Below the pieces are notes generated by a model. The model did no database searches and had not been told where the DNA came from. It worked only from the letters and a program-made list of their open reading frames with translations. This document shows positions 9,091 through 17,609 of a stretch of DNA of 56,373 nt, piece after piece; position 1 is the stretch's first letter; each line of letters begins with the position of its first letter. The position numbers and the translations under genes were made by a program. The stretch is from positions 1 to 56,373 of the forward strand of contig JBLIMM010000001.1 of assembly GCA_047638635.1 (NCBI GenBank), in the 5' to 3' direction. This stretch comes from Pseudohongiellaceae bacterium (GTDB lineage: Bacteria; Planctomycetota; B15-G4).

Positions 9091-9318
9091 ATGGAGGTGC
9101 TGCTGTTCGCCGGTCTCGCAGAGGTTGTGGGGGCTCGCTCGTTAGAAGTCGAATCCCCCGAAACCGTGGGCCAGCTGATAGAGCTGCTCCACGGTGGCTG
9201 GCCTGCGTTGGCTGGCCAGCCCTTTCGAGTGGCTGTGGATCACCGGTATGCCTCAGCTGAGCAGTCTCTGGCTGGAGCCCGTGAAGTCGCATTGATTCCC
9301 CCAGTGTCTGGGGGCTGA
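9091..9318 (+). CDS. moaD: molybdopterin synthase sulfur-carrier subunit MoaD
   Basis: 75-aa ThiS/MoaD-like ORF ending in the diagnostic C-terminal Gly-Gly (IPPVSGG). It starts 2 nt after the ssb stop. Confidence 0.85.
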   Translation: MEVLLFAGLAEVVGARSLEVESPETVGQLIELLHGGWPALAGQPFRVAVDHRYASAEQSLAGAREVALIPPVSGG

Positions 9319-9334
9319 CGTTGAGCATCCCGTC

Positions 9335-9370
9335 GCAGCTCTCACGGCAGCTCTCACGGCAGCTCTCACG
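9335..9370. repeat. 3 x 12-bp perfect tandem repeat (gcagctctcacg) in the moaD-moaE spacer
   Basis: Read directly. It is followed by the palindromic gcaccacgcgtgcacggtgc (9371-9390). Confidence 0.9.
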
Positions 9371-9402
9371 GCACCACGCGTGCACGGTGCGGGAGCTGGC
9401 CA

Positions 9403-9813
9403 GTGATTGATGTCGTCGAAGCAGACATCTCAGTCGATGCAGTGCTGGCGGCCGTTGAAGGTCCGGGCGAAGGGGCGGCGGTGCTGTTCGTTGGCCGGGT
9501 TCGCAACGCCACTGCAGGGTCGACCGTCACCCATCTTGAGTATGAGTGCTATCGAGAGATGGCTCTGGCCGAGATGTCTGCCTTGGCGGACGAGGCCTTG
9601 GCTTCTCACAGCGCGGCGGCAGTGGCCATCGTGCATCGAGTGGGGCACCTTGAGATTGGCGATGCGGCCGTGGCCATTGCGGTGAGTTCTGCTCATCGAG
9701 CGGAAGCTTACGAGGCTAGCCGTTGGCTCATCGACACCCTCAAAGAGCGGGTGCCGATCTGGAAGAAAGAGTGGCACGAAGACGGCGGGGTCTGGGTCAG
9801 CGAGCATCCCTAG
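9403..9813 (+). CDS. moaE: molybdopterin synthase catalytic subunit MoaE
   Basis: FVGRVRN...LEYECYREMA...IVHRVGHLEIGDAAVAIAVSSAHRAEA...LKERVPIWKKE matches MoaE. GTG start. Confidence 0.9.
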   Translation: MIDVVEADISVDAVLAAVEGPGEGAAVLFVGRVRNATAGSTVTHLEYECYREMALAEMSALADEALASHSAAAVAIVHRVGHLEIGDAAVAIAVSSAHRAEAYEASRWLIDTLKERVPIWKKEWHEDGGVWVSEHP

Positions 9814-9878
9814 TTCGCCCGAGATTCTGTGGGGCGAGAGACTTCATGCTCTTGCCGACGATGAGAAAGGTAAACGCC

Positions 9879-11060
9879 ATGGGCGTGTCCGAACGTTTGG
9901 CCGCCCTGGGCGGATATGCCTTCGACGAACTGGATCGCCTCGCCGCGGCCCGTAGCCGTGAGGGCGCCGATGTCATTGACTTCGGAGTGGGGGATCCCAC
10001 GGAACCGGTACCTGAGCTGGTCATCGAGGCGGCCCAGCGGGGGCTGACGCGCTTTCGCCAAGCTGGCTATCCCTCTTACGTGGGTAGCCTAGAGTTTCGT
10101 CAGGCGGCAGCTGCGTGGATCGAGCAACGCCACCAGGTCACCGTCGATCCAGAGACTATGGTCACGGCCACCAGCGGCTCGAAAGAGGCGGTGTTTCACA
10201 CGCCTCTGGCTTTCGTGAATCCGGGGCAAGTGGTCCTGGCTCCGTCTCCTGGATATCCGCCCTACGCGGTAGGAACTCACATGGCGGGGGGACGCTGCGT
10301 TCACTATCCCGTGTTCGACTCCCTCATCGACAACAGCCCCATGCTTCCCGATCTCGACAAGCTGCCCGAGGCAGACGCCGAGTCCCTGGCGATGGTCTGG
10401 ATCACCCAGCCCCATGTGCCCACGGGACGGATCGCTGGTAAGGACTCCTTGGCTCGCTTGGCAGGGCAATGCCGCGAACGAGGGGTGCTGTTGTGCTCAG
10501 ACGAAGCCTACTCCGAGCTGTGGTTTGACGAGCCGCCCCAGAGCGCCTTGTGTACGGGTCTCGACGGGGTGCTGTCGTTCTTCTCGCTCAGTAAACAATC
10601 AACGATGACCAGCTATCGCATTGGTTTCGTTGCTGGCGATCCCGAGGCCATTGGCTCCTTCCGCAAGTTGAAGACCCAGATTGATTCTGGCACTCCGCAG
10701 TTCGTTCAAGAGGCGGCCATTGCAGCTCTGGGAGACCACACTGCGGCCGCCCAATCCAGGGCCTCCTACGCTGCTCGCGCCGATGTTTTGATACCTGCCT
10801 TGCGCGGGGTGGGTTGCTCGGTTGAGCGCCCTGAGGCGGGTTTCTATTTGTGGGTCACGGTTCCAGAGGGAGCCACTGGTTTGGGTTTCGCCCGTGAGTT
10901 ACTCAACGGGACGCCGGCTCTGGCTGTTCTACCAGGGGAGTGGCTCACCGAGACCGTTGCGGGGCTTGAGCGTCAACCTGGGGAAGGCCGAGTGCGGCTG
11001 GCCTTGGTGCCGAGCCTGAAACGATGCCAAGAGGCTGCGGAGCGATTGTCCCAATGGTGA
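9879..11060 (+). CDS. class I/II PLP-dependent aminotransferase (LL-diaminopimelate / succinyl-DAP aminotransferase-like)
   Basis: DFGVGDPTEPVP and the PLP-lysine motif SLSKQSTMTSYRIGF. ATG 9879 has gaaagg 8 nt upstream. ATG 9846 and 9861 are alternatives. The 9723 ORF start overlaps moaE and is unlikely. Confidence 0.88.
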   Translation: MGVSERLAALGGYAFDELDRLAAARSREGADVIDFGVGDPTEPVPELVIEAAQRGLTRFRQAGYPSYVGSLEFRQAAAAWIEQRHQVTVDPETMVTATSGSKEAVFHTPLAFVNPGQVVLAPSPGYPPYAVGTHMAGGRCVHYPVFDSLIDNSPMLPDLDKLPEADAESLAMVWITQPHVPTGRIAGKDSLARLAGQCRERGVLLCSDEAYSELWFDEPPQSALCTGLDGVLSFFSLSKQSTMTSYRIGFVAGDPEAIGSFRKLKTQIDSGTPQFVQEAAIAALGDHTAAAQSRASYAARADVLIPALRGVGCSVERPEAGFYLWVTVPEGATGLGFARELLNGTPALAVLPGEWLTETVAGLERQPGEGRVRLALVPSLKRCQEAAERLSQW

Positions 11061-13876
11061 TCTTGCGCATGGCGAGTTTCAGCCTGGTGTGTGTCTTGCT
11101 CTGTTCGTCACCGTTGCTCGGACAGGAAGAGACAGCGGACGACTTGGCTTTCCTGCAAGAGCTCGCTCGAGACTTTCGCGGGGGCGGCAGCTGGTCCGCA
11201 CAGCGAGAGCTGTCCGAGTATCTCGACGACTATCCGGCGAGCCCTGGGGCGCGTGAACTCGCTGGCCGTGCTGCTTTGCGCCGGGGGCGTCTGGATCAGG
11301 CAGAAGAACACTTCGACAGTGCTGAGCTGGAGCTGCCCTGGCTCCGTTCGCGCATCTGGTTGGGCACGGGGCGCGGTGAGAAAGCTCTAGAACTCGCCCG
11401 CTCTGGCACGCTGGCCATGCGCGATGCCCAGCGCCTCTCTGTAGAAGCCTTGGAATCTCTGGGCAGGCACTCTGAAGCTCTGAGGGTGGCTGAAGCGGCC
11501 CTCGATATCGGGGCCGATGGAGTGGTCCGCATCGTCACCGCCGAGATGGACGGGCACGAACTGAAGCAAGTGGGTTGGCTGCTGCTCTTTCTCCGTCGCT
11601 ACGACTTGGCCAACCAAGCGCTGGTGTTTGCGGACCGGGAGTTGAACGGCTTGAAAGGCCCGGACTACGAGGTCCATGACACCGAAGTCCTGGTGCTGCT
11701 CGGCGCAACGTTTCAGGCCACGCGCCAGACCGGAGGTGGTGGTCCTGATCGCACGCTCACTCTGCTGCGAGATGTCCTCGACGTTGACGCTGGGCATGCC
11801 GAGGCCTTGGTGGTTTCAGCTCGCACATACTTCTACGGCAACAACGGCCGGGCGGGTCGTGAGGCGCTGGCCCAGGCCTTGGCCACCAACCCCAACCACC
11901 CCGGGGCCTTGGTTTTCCAGGGGGAGACAGATCTGTTGGCTCGCCAGGTCGCTCCTGCACTCGCTTCCGCTGACGCTGCCCTGGCGATCAACGAGCGCCA
12001 CAAGGGTGCGTTGGCCTTGCGGGCCGTGGCCCTCGCCCTGAGTACGCGTACAGCGGAGGCCCAGGCTGCCCGAAGTGCTTTCGAAGCGGCCCATCCCCAA
12101 AGCGCTGCCCTGGAATCGCTCCTCGGGCGTGTCTTGCAGAGCCACTATCGATTCGCTGAGTCGATCGAGCCACTCGAGCGCGCGTTGGTGATCCAGCCAG
12201 AGGTTGAAGAGCCCCTGTGGGTTCTCGCCCAGAGTTTGGCCAATGTGGGCCGCGAAGGTGCGGCCCGCGCTGCCCTGGAAGATCACTTGCAACGGAGTCC
12301 GTATCCGTTCCCTTGGCGTCACAACATGCTGGAAGTGTTGGCCAAACTCGAGCAGACCGACACCTTGATCACCGAGAGTGGGTTTCGTCTGCAGCTGCCT
12401 CCAAGCGAAAGCGATGTCTACGGTGTGCTGCTGTCCGAACAACTGGATGCAGCGCGGTCGGACATGGCCGGCCGTTGGGGCGTCAATCCCGAGAGCGAAG
12501 TGCTTGTCGAAGTGTTCGACCATCACCCCGACTTCTCCGTGCGAACCGTTGGGTTCGAGGGCTTTGGCGCCCTGGGTGCATGCTTCGGCAACGTGATCAC
12601 TATTCTGTCGCCCTTGAGTCAGATGCGCGGGAACTTCCTTTGGTCCCAGACGGCCGTGCACGAGTACGCCCATGTGGTGACGCTCAACCTATCGAATCAA
12701 CGGATGCCGCGTTGGCTCAGCGAAGGGGTGTCGGTCCTCGAAGAGAAGAAACTCAACGCTCATTGGGCTCGGCCCCTCGAGCGACCGGTCTTGATGGCTC
12801 GAGCCAACGACATGATCTTTCCTGTGGAGCGAATGGAGCAGGCGTTCCAGGATGGCTCGACAGTGATGTTGGGCTACTTCTTGGGCAGTTTGGTGTGCGA
12901 AGTCATTGAGCGAGACTTTGGCTTCGATGGGCTGCGCGATTTCGTCGCGGCCTTCGCCGAAGATCGTTCGACAGGCGAGGCGGTTGTTGAAGCTTTGGGC
13001 ATCACTGCCCAGGAACTCGATCGTCGCGTGCTGGAGTACATCGACACAGAAGTGGCGGGGCGGGCGGCCGTGCGGCCCGTTTACAACGAGCGGGGCAAAG
13101 ACGCCTTGCGCCGCCGCGTGCAAGGGGGAGACAAAGAAGCGCTGGTCGAGCTGGTGCAGGCCTACGGTGACCTGGGTCTGTGGGTCGATCGAGACGCCGC
13201 ACTAGAACGGGCCCTCGACTCGGTCGGAGAGAGTCCGGCTCTGCTGCGTTTGATAGCGGAGCGAGACGTGCAACAAGGGCGCAAGTCGGTTGCTATCGAT
13301 CGCTTGCGGCGCTGGTCCGAGAGCGACGACGTGGACCACGACGGGCTGGTGCTCTTGGCGTCGCTGCTCATGGAGGGGAGCCCGGACAGCAAGAAGCAGG
13401 CTGAGGCTCTAGACCACCTTCGCAACGCCCGGATTTTGTTCCCCGGGGATGTGGGAGCCGGCAGCGCCAATACCCTGCTCTTTCGCTATCTCCGCGATGA
13501 CGAGGAGCAACGGGCTGAGTGGCTCGAGGTGGTGACGACCATGGCCCAGGGCATGGAGGCCGCCATGGAGCCCCGCCTGGTCTTGGCCGAGGAAGCTGCT
13601 CGGCAGGGCGACCTACCGACTCAGCTGCGGCTCCTGGCAGAAGTGGTGGCCATTGAGCCCTACGACCCTCAACGACGGCTCGAGTTGGCTGACTTGCTCC
13701 TGCAAAGCGGCGACATGCTGGGAGCGCGGCGCCAATGGCAGCTCATTCTAGGCATGCGGCCCTCTCAGTTGCCCATCGTGGCAGAGGCGGGGGAGCAGGC
13801 AGCGGCCTCGCAGCTCGATGCGGCGCGAGAGAGTGCCCGGCGCCATTTGGACGACCCGGACGTTGGCGGATCGTAG
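11054..13876 (+). CDS. secreted TPR-repeat protein with embedded Peptidase_MA_2-like zinc metalloprotease motif
   Basis: Signal-peptide-like MVILRMASFSLVCVLLCSSPLLGQ. HExxH plus downstream Glu (TAVHEYAHVV...PRWLSEGVSVLEE), flanked by TPR-like helical repeats. The ATGGTGA start/stop overlaps the aminotransferase. Confidence 0.8.
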   Translation: MVILRMASFSLVCVLLCSSPLLGQEETADDLAFLQELARDFRGGGSWSAQRELSEYLDDYPASPGARELAGRAALRRGRLDQAEEHFDSAELELPWLRSRIWLGTGRGEKALELARSGTLAMRDAQRLSVEALESLGRHSEALRVAEAALDIGADGVVRIVTAEMDGHELKQVGWLLLFLRRYDLANQALVFADRELNGLKGPDYEVHDTEVLVLLGATFQATRQTGGGGPDRTLTLLRDVLDVDAGHAEALVVSARTYFYGNNGRAGREALAQALATNPNHPGALVFQGETDLLARQVAPALASADAALAINERHKGALALRAVALALSTRTAEAQAARSAFEAAHPQSAALESLLGRVLQSHYRFAESIEPLERALVIQPEVEEPLWVLAQSLANVGREGAARAALEDHLQRSPYPFPWRHNMLEVLAKLEQTDTLITESGFRLQLPPSESDVYGVLLSEQLDAARSDMAGRWGVNPESEVLVEVFDHHPDFSVRTVGFEGFGALGACFGNVITILSPLSQMRGNFLWSQTAVHEYAHVVTLNLSNQRMPRWLSEGVSVLEEKKLNAHWARPLERPVLMARANDMIFPVERMEQAFQDGSTVMLGYFLGSLVCEVIERDFGFDGLRDFVAAFAEDRSTGEAVVEALGITAQELDRRVLEYIDTEVAGRAAVRPVYNERGKDALRRRVQGGDKEALVELVQAYGDLGLWVDRDAALERALDSVGESPALLRLIAERDVQQGRKSVAIDRLRRWSESDDVDHDGLVLLASLLMEGSPDSKKQAEALDHLRNARILFPGDVGAGSANTLLFRYLRDDEEQRAEWLEVVTTMAQGMEAAMEPRLVLAEEAARQGDLPTQLRLLAEVVAIEPYDPQRRLELADLLLQSGDMLGARRQWQLILGMRPSQLPIVAEAGEQAAASQLDAARESARRHLDDPDVGGS

Positions 13877-13954
13877 AGGGGTAGCTGAGCCTGCAGTCAA
13901 CCTCTCTGGGATCGAGAGTTGAGTCCCTGGGGGAGGCGGGATAGCCTCCCTCTA

Positions 13955-15445
13955 ATGGTGATGGACGGAATAGGGTGTGATATTTGGCTGGCAGTGGCGG
14001 AGAGCTTCCGTCGTTTGAGGGGCGTTGCGGCCCACGACCTTTGGCTAGGTCGTGCTGAGCCCAGTTCCTTTCGCCGGGGTCTCTTCACCCTGGGAGTCGA
14101 GAACAACGACGTGAAGGCGGCCCTCGACGGCCCCTATCGTGACGATCTCGAATCCATCTTCCGGGAGATCACCGGGAGCCCCGTCCGGCTCCGCACAGAG
14201 CTCGTCTCGGCGAGCGATAGCCAGAGCAACCGACTGCCTGAGATGCTCCCCGGGGCCTTGCCCGCTTCCCGCGAAACCATGGCACGACGTCGGGCTGCCA
14301 AGAGTGAGAGCAAGGCCGCACAAACCGCGAAGAACACCGCCGCCGTACCCGTCGCTGACCTTGATCTCACCGTCTTGCCTGAGAGCTCCAGCCCGACGCC
14401 CGCAGGGCTGCTGATGCCGTCGTTCTCCGCTGTTGTTCGCCAGCAGGCGATGGTCGACACGGCCGCTCACCGGCTCGTGCTGCGAGCCACTGAGGGCTGG
14501 GTGGATGATCCGGCAGGGGGCTTCAACCCACTCTTTATTCACGGGCCCGCTGGTTCGGGTAAGACGGCCCTCGCTGTCCACGCTCTCGCGAGGTTGTCCC
14601 AGGCCCACCCCGAACTTGACCCGTTGGTTGTGTCCGGCGAGAGCTTGGCCGCCGATGTGAGCGCGGCTTCGCGCTCTCGCACGTTCGGTCGACTGCAACG
14701 GAGTTGGGCGGACAGAGACGTGCTGGTCATCGACGAGGCACACCGCCTGCGCAACCGCTACACCACTCAGTCCATGGTGGTCAGCTTGGTTGAGCCTGTC
14801 TTGCGCCGAGGTGGGCGAGTGCTCGTCCTGTCTCGTCATCCACCTGGGGATATTTTTGCCCTCAGCGATCGGCTCCTCTCCCACTTCTTGGCTGGCATGG
14901 TGGTGGCTCTTCGCGAGCCCGACCCGGCGTCACGACGTGCGGTGCTGGCGAGCGTGGCGGCAGTGTTGCCCGTGGGGGTTGAAGAAGGTGTGACCAGCGC
15001 TGTGGCGGAGCACTGCCCTGGCTCGCTAGCGGATGCCATCGACTTGCTGCGAGGTGCAGCGGATCGTGCAGCGCGCGAGGGACGCACCGTCGAACGGAAT
15101 GACGTGCAGCTGCAGCTCCGTCAGCCGTCACCCATGGACAGGCGTCTTGACGACTTGATTGCCATGCTCGCCGAAGAGACTGGCATCGAAGCTGAGCGCA
15201 TCCGTTCTGCTGAGAAGTCTCGAGATGTAGCCGCCGTGCGCCACCTTTGCGTCTACATGTCCAGCCACAGCCTGGGTTTGTCGTCCCGACGTATTTGTCG
15301 TTCGTTGCGACTTCGCTCCCCGTCGATTGTGGCTTACGCCCGTCGCGCCGTGGATCGCCGTCGTCGCCTCGACGCTGAGTACGAGCAGTTGGTTCAGCGT
15401 GTCCAAGGTCGACTTGAGGGCGCCCAGCGCGATCTCGAATGGTAG
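13955..15445 (+). CDS. DnaA-like AAA+ protein (divergent chromosomal replication initiator family)
   Basis: Domain I-like N-terminus, a long linker, Walker A GPAGSGKT, Walker B VLVIDEAH, LVLSRHPPGDI, and a C-terminal HTH alignable to DnaA domain IV. The start (ATG 13955, ATG 13961 or TTG 13919) is uncertain. Confidence 0.8.
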   Translation: MVMDGIGCDIWLAVAESFRRLRGVAAHDLWLGRAEPSSFRRGLFTLGVENNDVKAALDGPYRDDLESIFREITGSPVRLRTELVSASDSQSNRLPEMLPGALPASRETMARRRAAKSESKAAQTAKNTAAVPVADLDLTVLPESSSPTPAGLLMPSFSAVVRQQAMVDTAAHRLVLRATEGWVDDPAGGFNPLFIHGPAGSGKTALAVHALARLSQAHPELDPLVVSGESLAADVSAASRSRTFGRLQRSWADRDVLVIDEAHRLRNRYTTQSMVVSLVEPVLRRGGRVLVLSRHPPGDIFALSDRLLSHFLAGMVVALREPDPASRRAVLASVAAVLPVGVEEGVTSAVAEHCPGSLADAIDLLRGAADRAAREGRTVERNDVQLQLRQPSPMDRRLDDLIAMLAEETGIEAERIRSAEKSRDVAAVRHLCVYMSSHSLGLSSRRICRSLRLRSPSIVAYARRAVDRRRRLDAEYEQLVQRVQGRLEGAQRDLEW

Positions 15446-16062
15446 AGCAGGTGCCGGGTTGCCTGATCGCCCTCGAAGGCATTGACGGTTGCGGAAAATC
15501 CACCCAGGGCGGCCGCTTGATTCAGTGGTTGCAAGAGCGAGACCCTGGGCGTTCGGTGGTGTTGCTCCGCGAACCTGGTGGGACACCCCTGGGCGAGGGG
15601 GTTCGCGAACTCCTGTTGCGTGGCGCCGAACGGGGAGCCACGACCGAGATGCTGCTGTACATGGCCTGCCGAGCCGAGCTTTACCAGTCTCGGGTGTTGC
15701 CTGCGCTAGCACGGGGCGACGTTGTTCTCCTCGACAGGTCACACTTCTCAACCGCTGCCTATCAGGGCGCGGGATTGGTCCAAGACGAAGAGGCCATTTT
15801 CGACCTAGCTCGTGTGGTGACCTTTGGCCGAGACATCGACAAGGTCGTGCTGCTGGATGTCGACCCCGAAGTCGCCGCCTCCCGCAGGCAGGGTGAGAGC
15901 GACCGCATCGAGAGTCGTGGCTTGCCATATTTTCGCAGGGTAGCTGCGGCGTACCGCCGATACGCAGAAGAGCGCCCGGAGCAGTTTCTGTCCATCGACG
16001 CCAGTGCAGCACCTGACCTTGTGTTCGACCAGATCTGCACCGGCCTGTCCGATGTGGTCTGA
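15439..16062 (+). CDS. tmk: thymidylate kinase
   Basis: IALEGIDGCGKSTQ P-loop and LLREPGGTPLGE, with a DRS/lid region. The start overlaps the dnaA-like stop (ATGGTAG). Confidence 0.9.
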   Translation: MVEQVPGCLIALEGIDGCGKSTQGGRLIQWLQERDPGRSVVLLREPGGTPLGEGVRELLLRGAERGATTEMLLYMACRAELYQSRVLPALARGDVVLLDRSHFSTAAYQGAGLVQDEEAIFDLARVVTFGRDIDKVVLLDVDPEVAASRRQGESDRIESRGLPYFRRVAAAYRRYAEERPEQFLSIDASAAPDLVFDQICTGLSDVV

Positions 16063-17083
16063 GCAGCTCACCACCGGGCACGCGTACGCTCGCTCCGATC
16101 TCAAAGCTGCTTGGGAGGCGGAACGTTTGCCCCACGCCTTGTTGTTTACAGGCGAGGCGGGGATCGGCAAGGCCGACTTAGCGCTCTGGCTCGTGTGTCT
16201 CCGTTGGTGTCAGGCGGACGAGGGTCCTTGTGGTGTGTGCCCCAGCTGCAAAAAAGTGCTCACCGGGAACCACCCGGACTTCGAGTTGGTCCGCCGTGAT
16301 CCTCCCGCCGAGACGGATCCCCGAGGGCTGGGCAGCCGCCTGGAGATCACCGTCGCTCAAGTGCGCGAGGGGCTGATCCCTGGCCTGAGTCTGGCAGCGG
16401 TCGAGGGCGGCGGACGTTCGGTGCTGATTCGATCCGCAGAGGATCTCAACGAGCAGGCTCAGAACGCCTTGCTGAAAACCCTCGAAGAGCCTCCCAGCGG
16501 GACGCTGTTGCTGCTGGTGACCGCTCGCGAGGATGCGTTGCTCGACACCATTCGCTCCCGCTGCCAAGAGGTGCGCCTGTGGCCCCTCAGCCCCGCCGAG
16601 ATGACTGTAGCCACTCCTCATGAAGACCCGCTGCTTCTGGGCCTGGCACGGGGGCGCCCCGGCCGGCTCAACGCGTTGCGGGCCTTGGATGTGGGCGCCC
16701 TGCTGCAGGCCTTCGACGGTCTGCTGGCCCGGCCCGTGGCGGGGACGGCCTTTGGGACGCTCTTAGAGGAGCTCATCGAGGCAGCGTCCACCGAAGAGGG
16801 CGACGTCGAGCAGCTGACCCTCCACCAGATCGTCCTTGAGGCGCTCCACGCCCGCATACGCGATCTAGCTTTGCTCGGCGATGGCGGGGCGCCTGATGAT
16901 TTGATCACCGGGGCTGTCCCGCTGACAGCCGCCGAGCCCCTCCCTATGGACGTGCTCCACGGGCTGGAGGCTGCGATTTTTGAGGCTGGTCACGATTTGC
17001 GGCGCCATTTGCCGCCAGCGGTAGCCTGGGCTGCCTTGGGGTGCGAATTTGTCTCGGTACTGGTTGGGGGCTCGGCGCCATAA
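16052..17083 (+). CDS. holB: DNA polymerase III delta-prime subunit
   Basis: HALLFTGEAGIGKADLA, a Zn module CGVCPSCKK, and SAEDLNEQAQNALLKTLEEPP. ATG 16052 overlaps the tmk end by 11 nt. Confidence 0.85.
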   Translation: MWSEQLTTGHAYARSDLKAAWEAERLPHALLFTGEAGIGKADLALWLVCLRWCQADEGPCGVCPSCKKVLTGNHPDFELVRRDPPAETDPRGLGSRLEITVAQVREGLIPGLSLAAVEGGGRSVLIRSAEDLNEQAQNALLKTLEEPPSGTLLLLVTAREDALLDTIRSRCQEVRLWPLSPAEMTVATPHEDPLLLGLARGRPGRLNALRALDVGALLQAFDGLLARPVAGTAFGTLLEELIEAASTEEGDVEQLTLHQIVLEALHARIRDLALLGDGGAPDDLITGAVPLTAAEPLPMDVLHGLEAAIFEAGHDLRRHLPPAVAWAALGCEFVSVLVGGSAP

Positions 17084-17168
17084 AAGCGCTATCCCTTGGG
17101 GGTGGTCAAGGGAAGTGGATGGCGCGCCGATAAGAAGTCTCCCCGCGACACTTACCCACTCGGCCAGC

Positions 17169-17609
17169 ATGACCACCGACACCTCATTCCAGTCTCGCAT
17201 CACCGATCTGGCGGCCGCTGATAGCCGCTACACCCCAGATGCGTACCATTTCGTGTTTCGCGCTCTCGACTTCGTCTTAGAGCAGCGGGGCGGCATTGCT
17301 CCTCCGGTTCAAGAGGATGGCCACGTTCCAGCGGTTCTGCTGCTCGATGGCCTCAAAGACTTTGCCCTTGAACTCTACGGTCCCCTGGCCCGGTTGGTTC
17401 TGGAGCACTGGGGAGTCATGCGCACGGAAGACTTCGGCGAGATCGTTTTTGGCTTGGTGGAGTGTCGTCTGCTGAACAAGCAAGACTCCGATCGCAAGAG
17501 TGACTTCTGCAACGGCTACAGCTTTCGCGAGGCCTTTGATGTGGTGAACACCGTGCCACCGGCGCACCACCGGGACCTGTACAGCCACAGAGCTGCGTCA
17601 GCCGAATGA
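17169..17609 (+). CDS. conserved hypothetical protein (resembles the PVC-restricted Minf_1886 / TIGR04138 family)
   Basis: DSRYTPDAYHFVFRALDFV...LLDGLKDFALELYGPLARLVLEHWGVMRTEDFGEIVFGLVECRLL. The family is recalled from memory and needs an HMM check. Confidence 0.7.
   Translation: MTTDTSFQSRITDLAAADSRYTPDAYHFVFRALDFVLEQRGGIAPPVQEDGHVPAVLLLDGLKDFALELYGPLARLVLEHWGVMRTEDFGEIVFGLVECRLLNKQDSDRKSDFCNGYSFREAFDVVNTVPPAHHRDLYSHRAASAE

Noticed and set aside
9723-9878. The upstream extension of the aminotransferase ORF.
   Set aside because: It overlaps moaE by 91 nt and encodes Arg-rich low-complexity sequence. Internal ATGs after the moaE stop fit the family N-terminus.
13877-13954. A possible oriC next to the dnaA-like gene.
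   Set aside because: I saw no TTATCCACA/TGTGGATAA-like boxes, no AT-rich unwinding element, and no switch in gene orientation. The spacer is only 78 bp.
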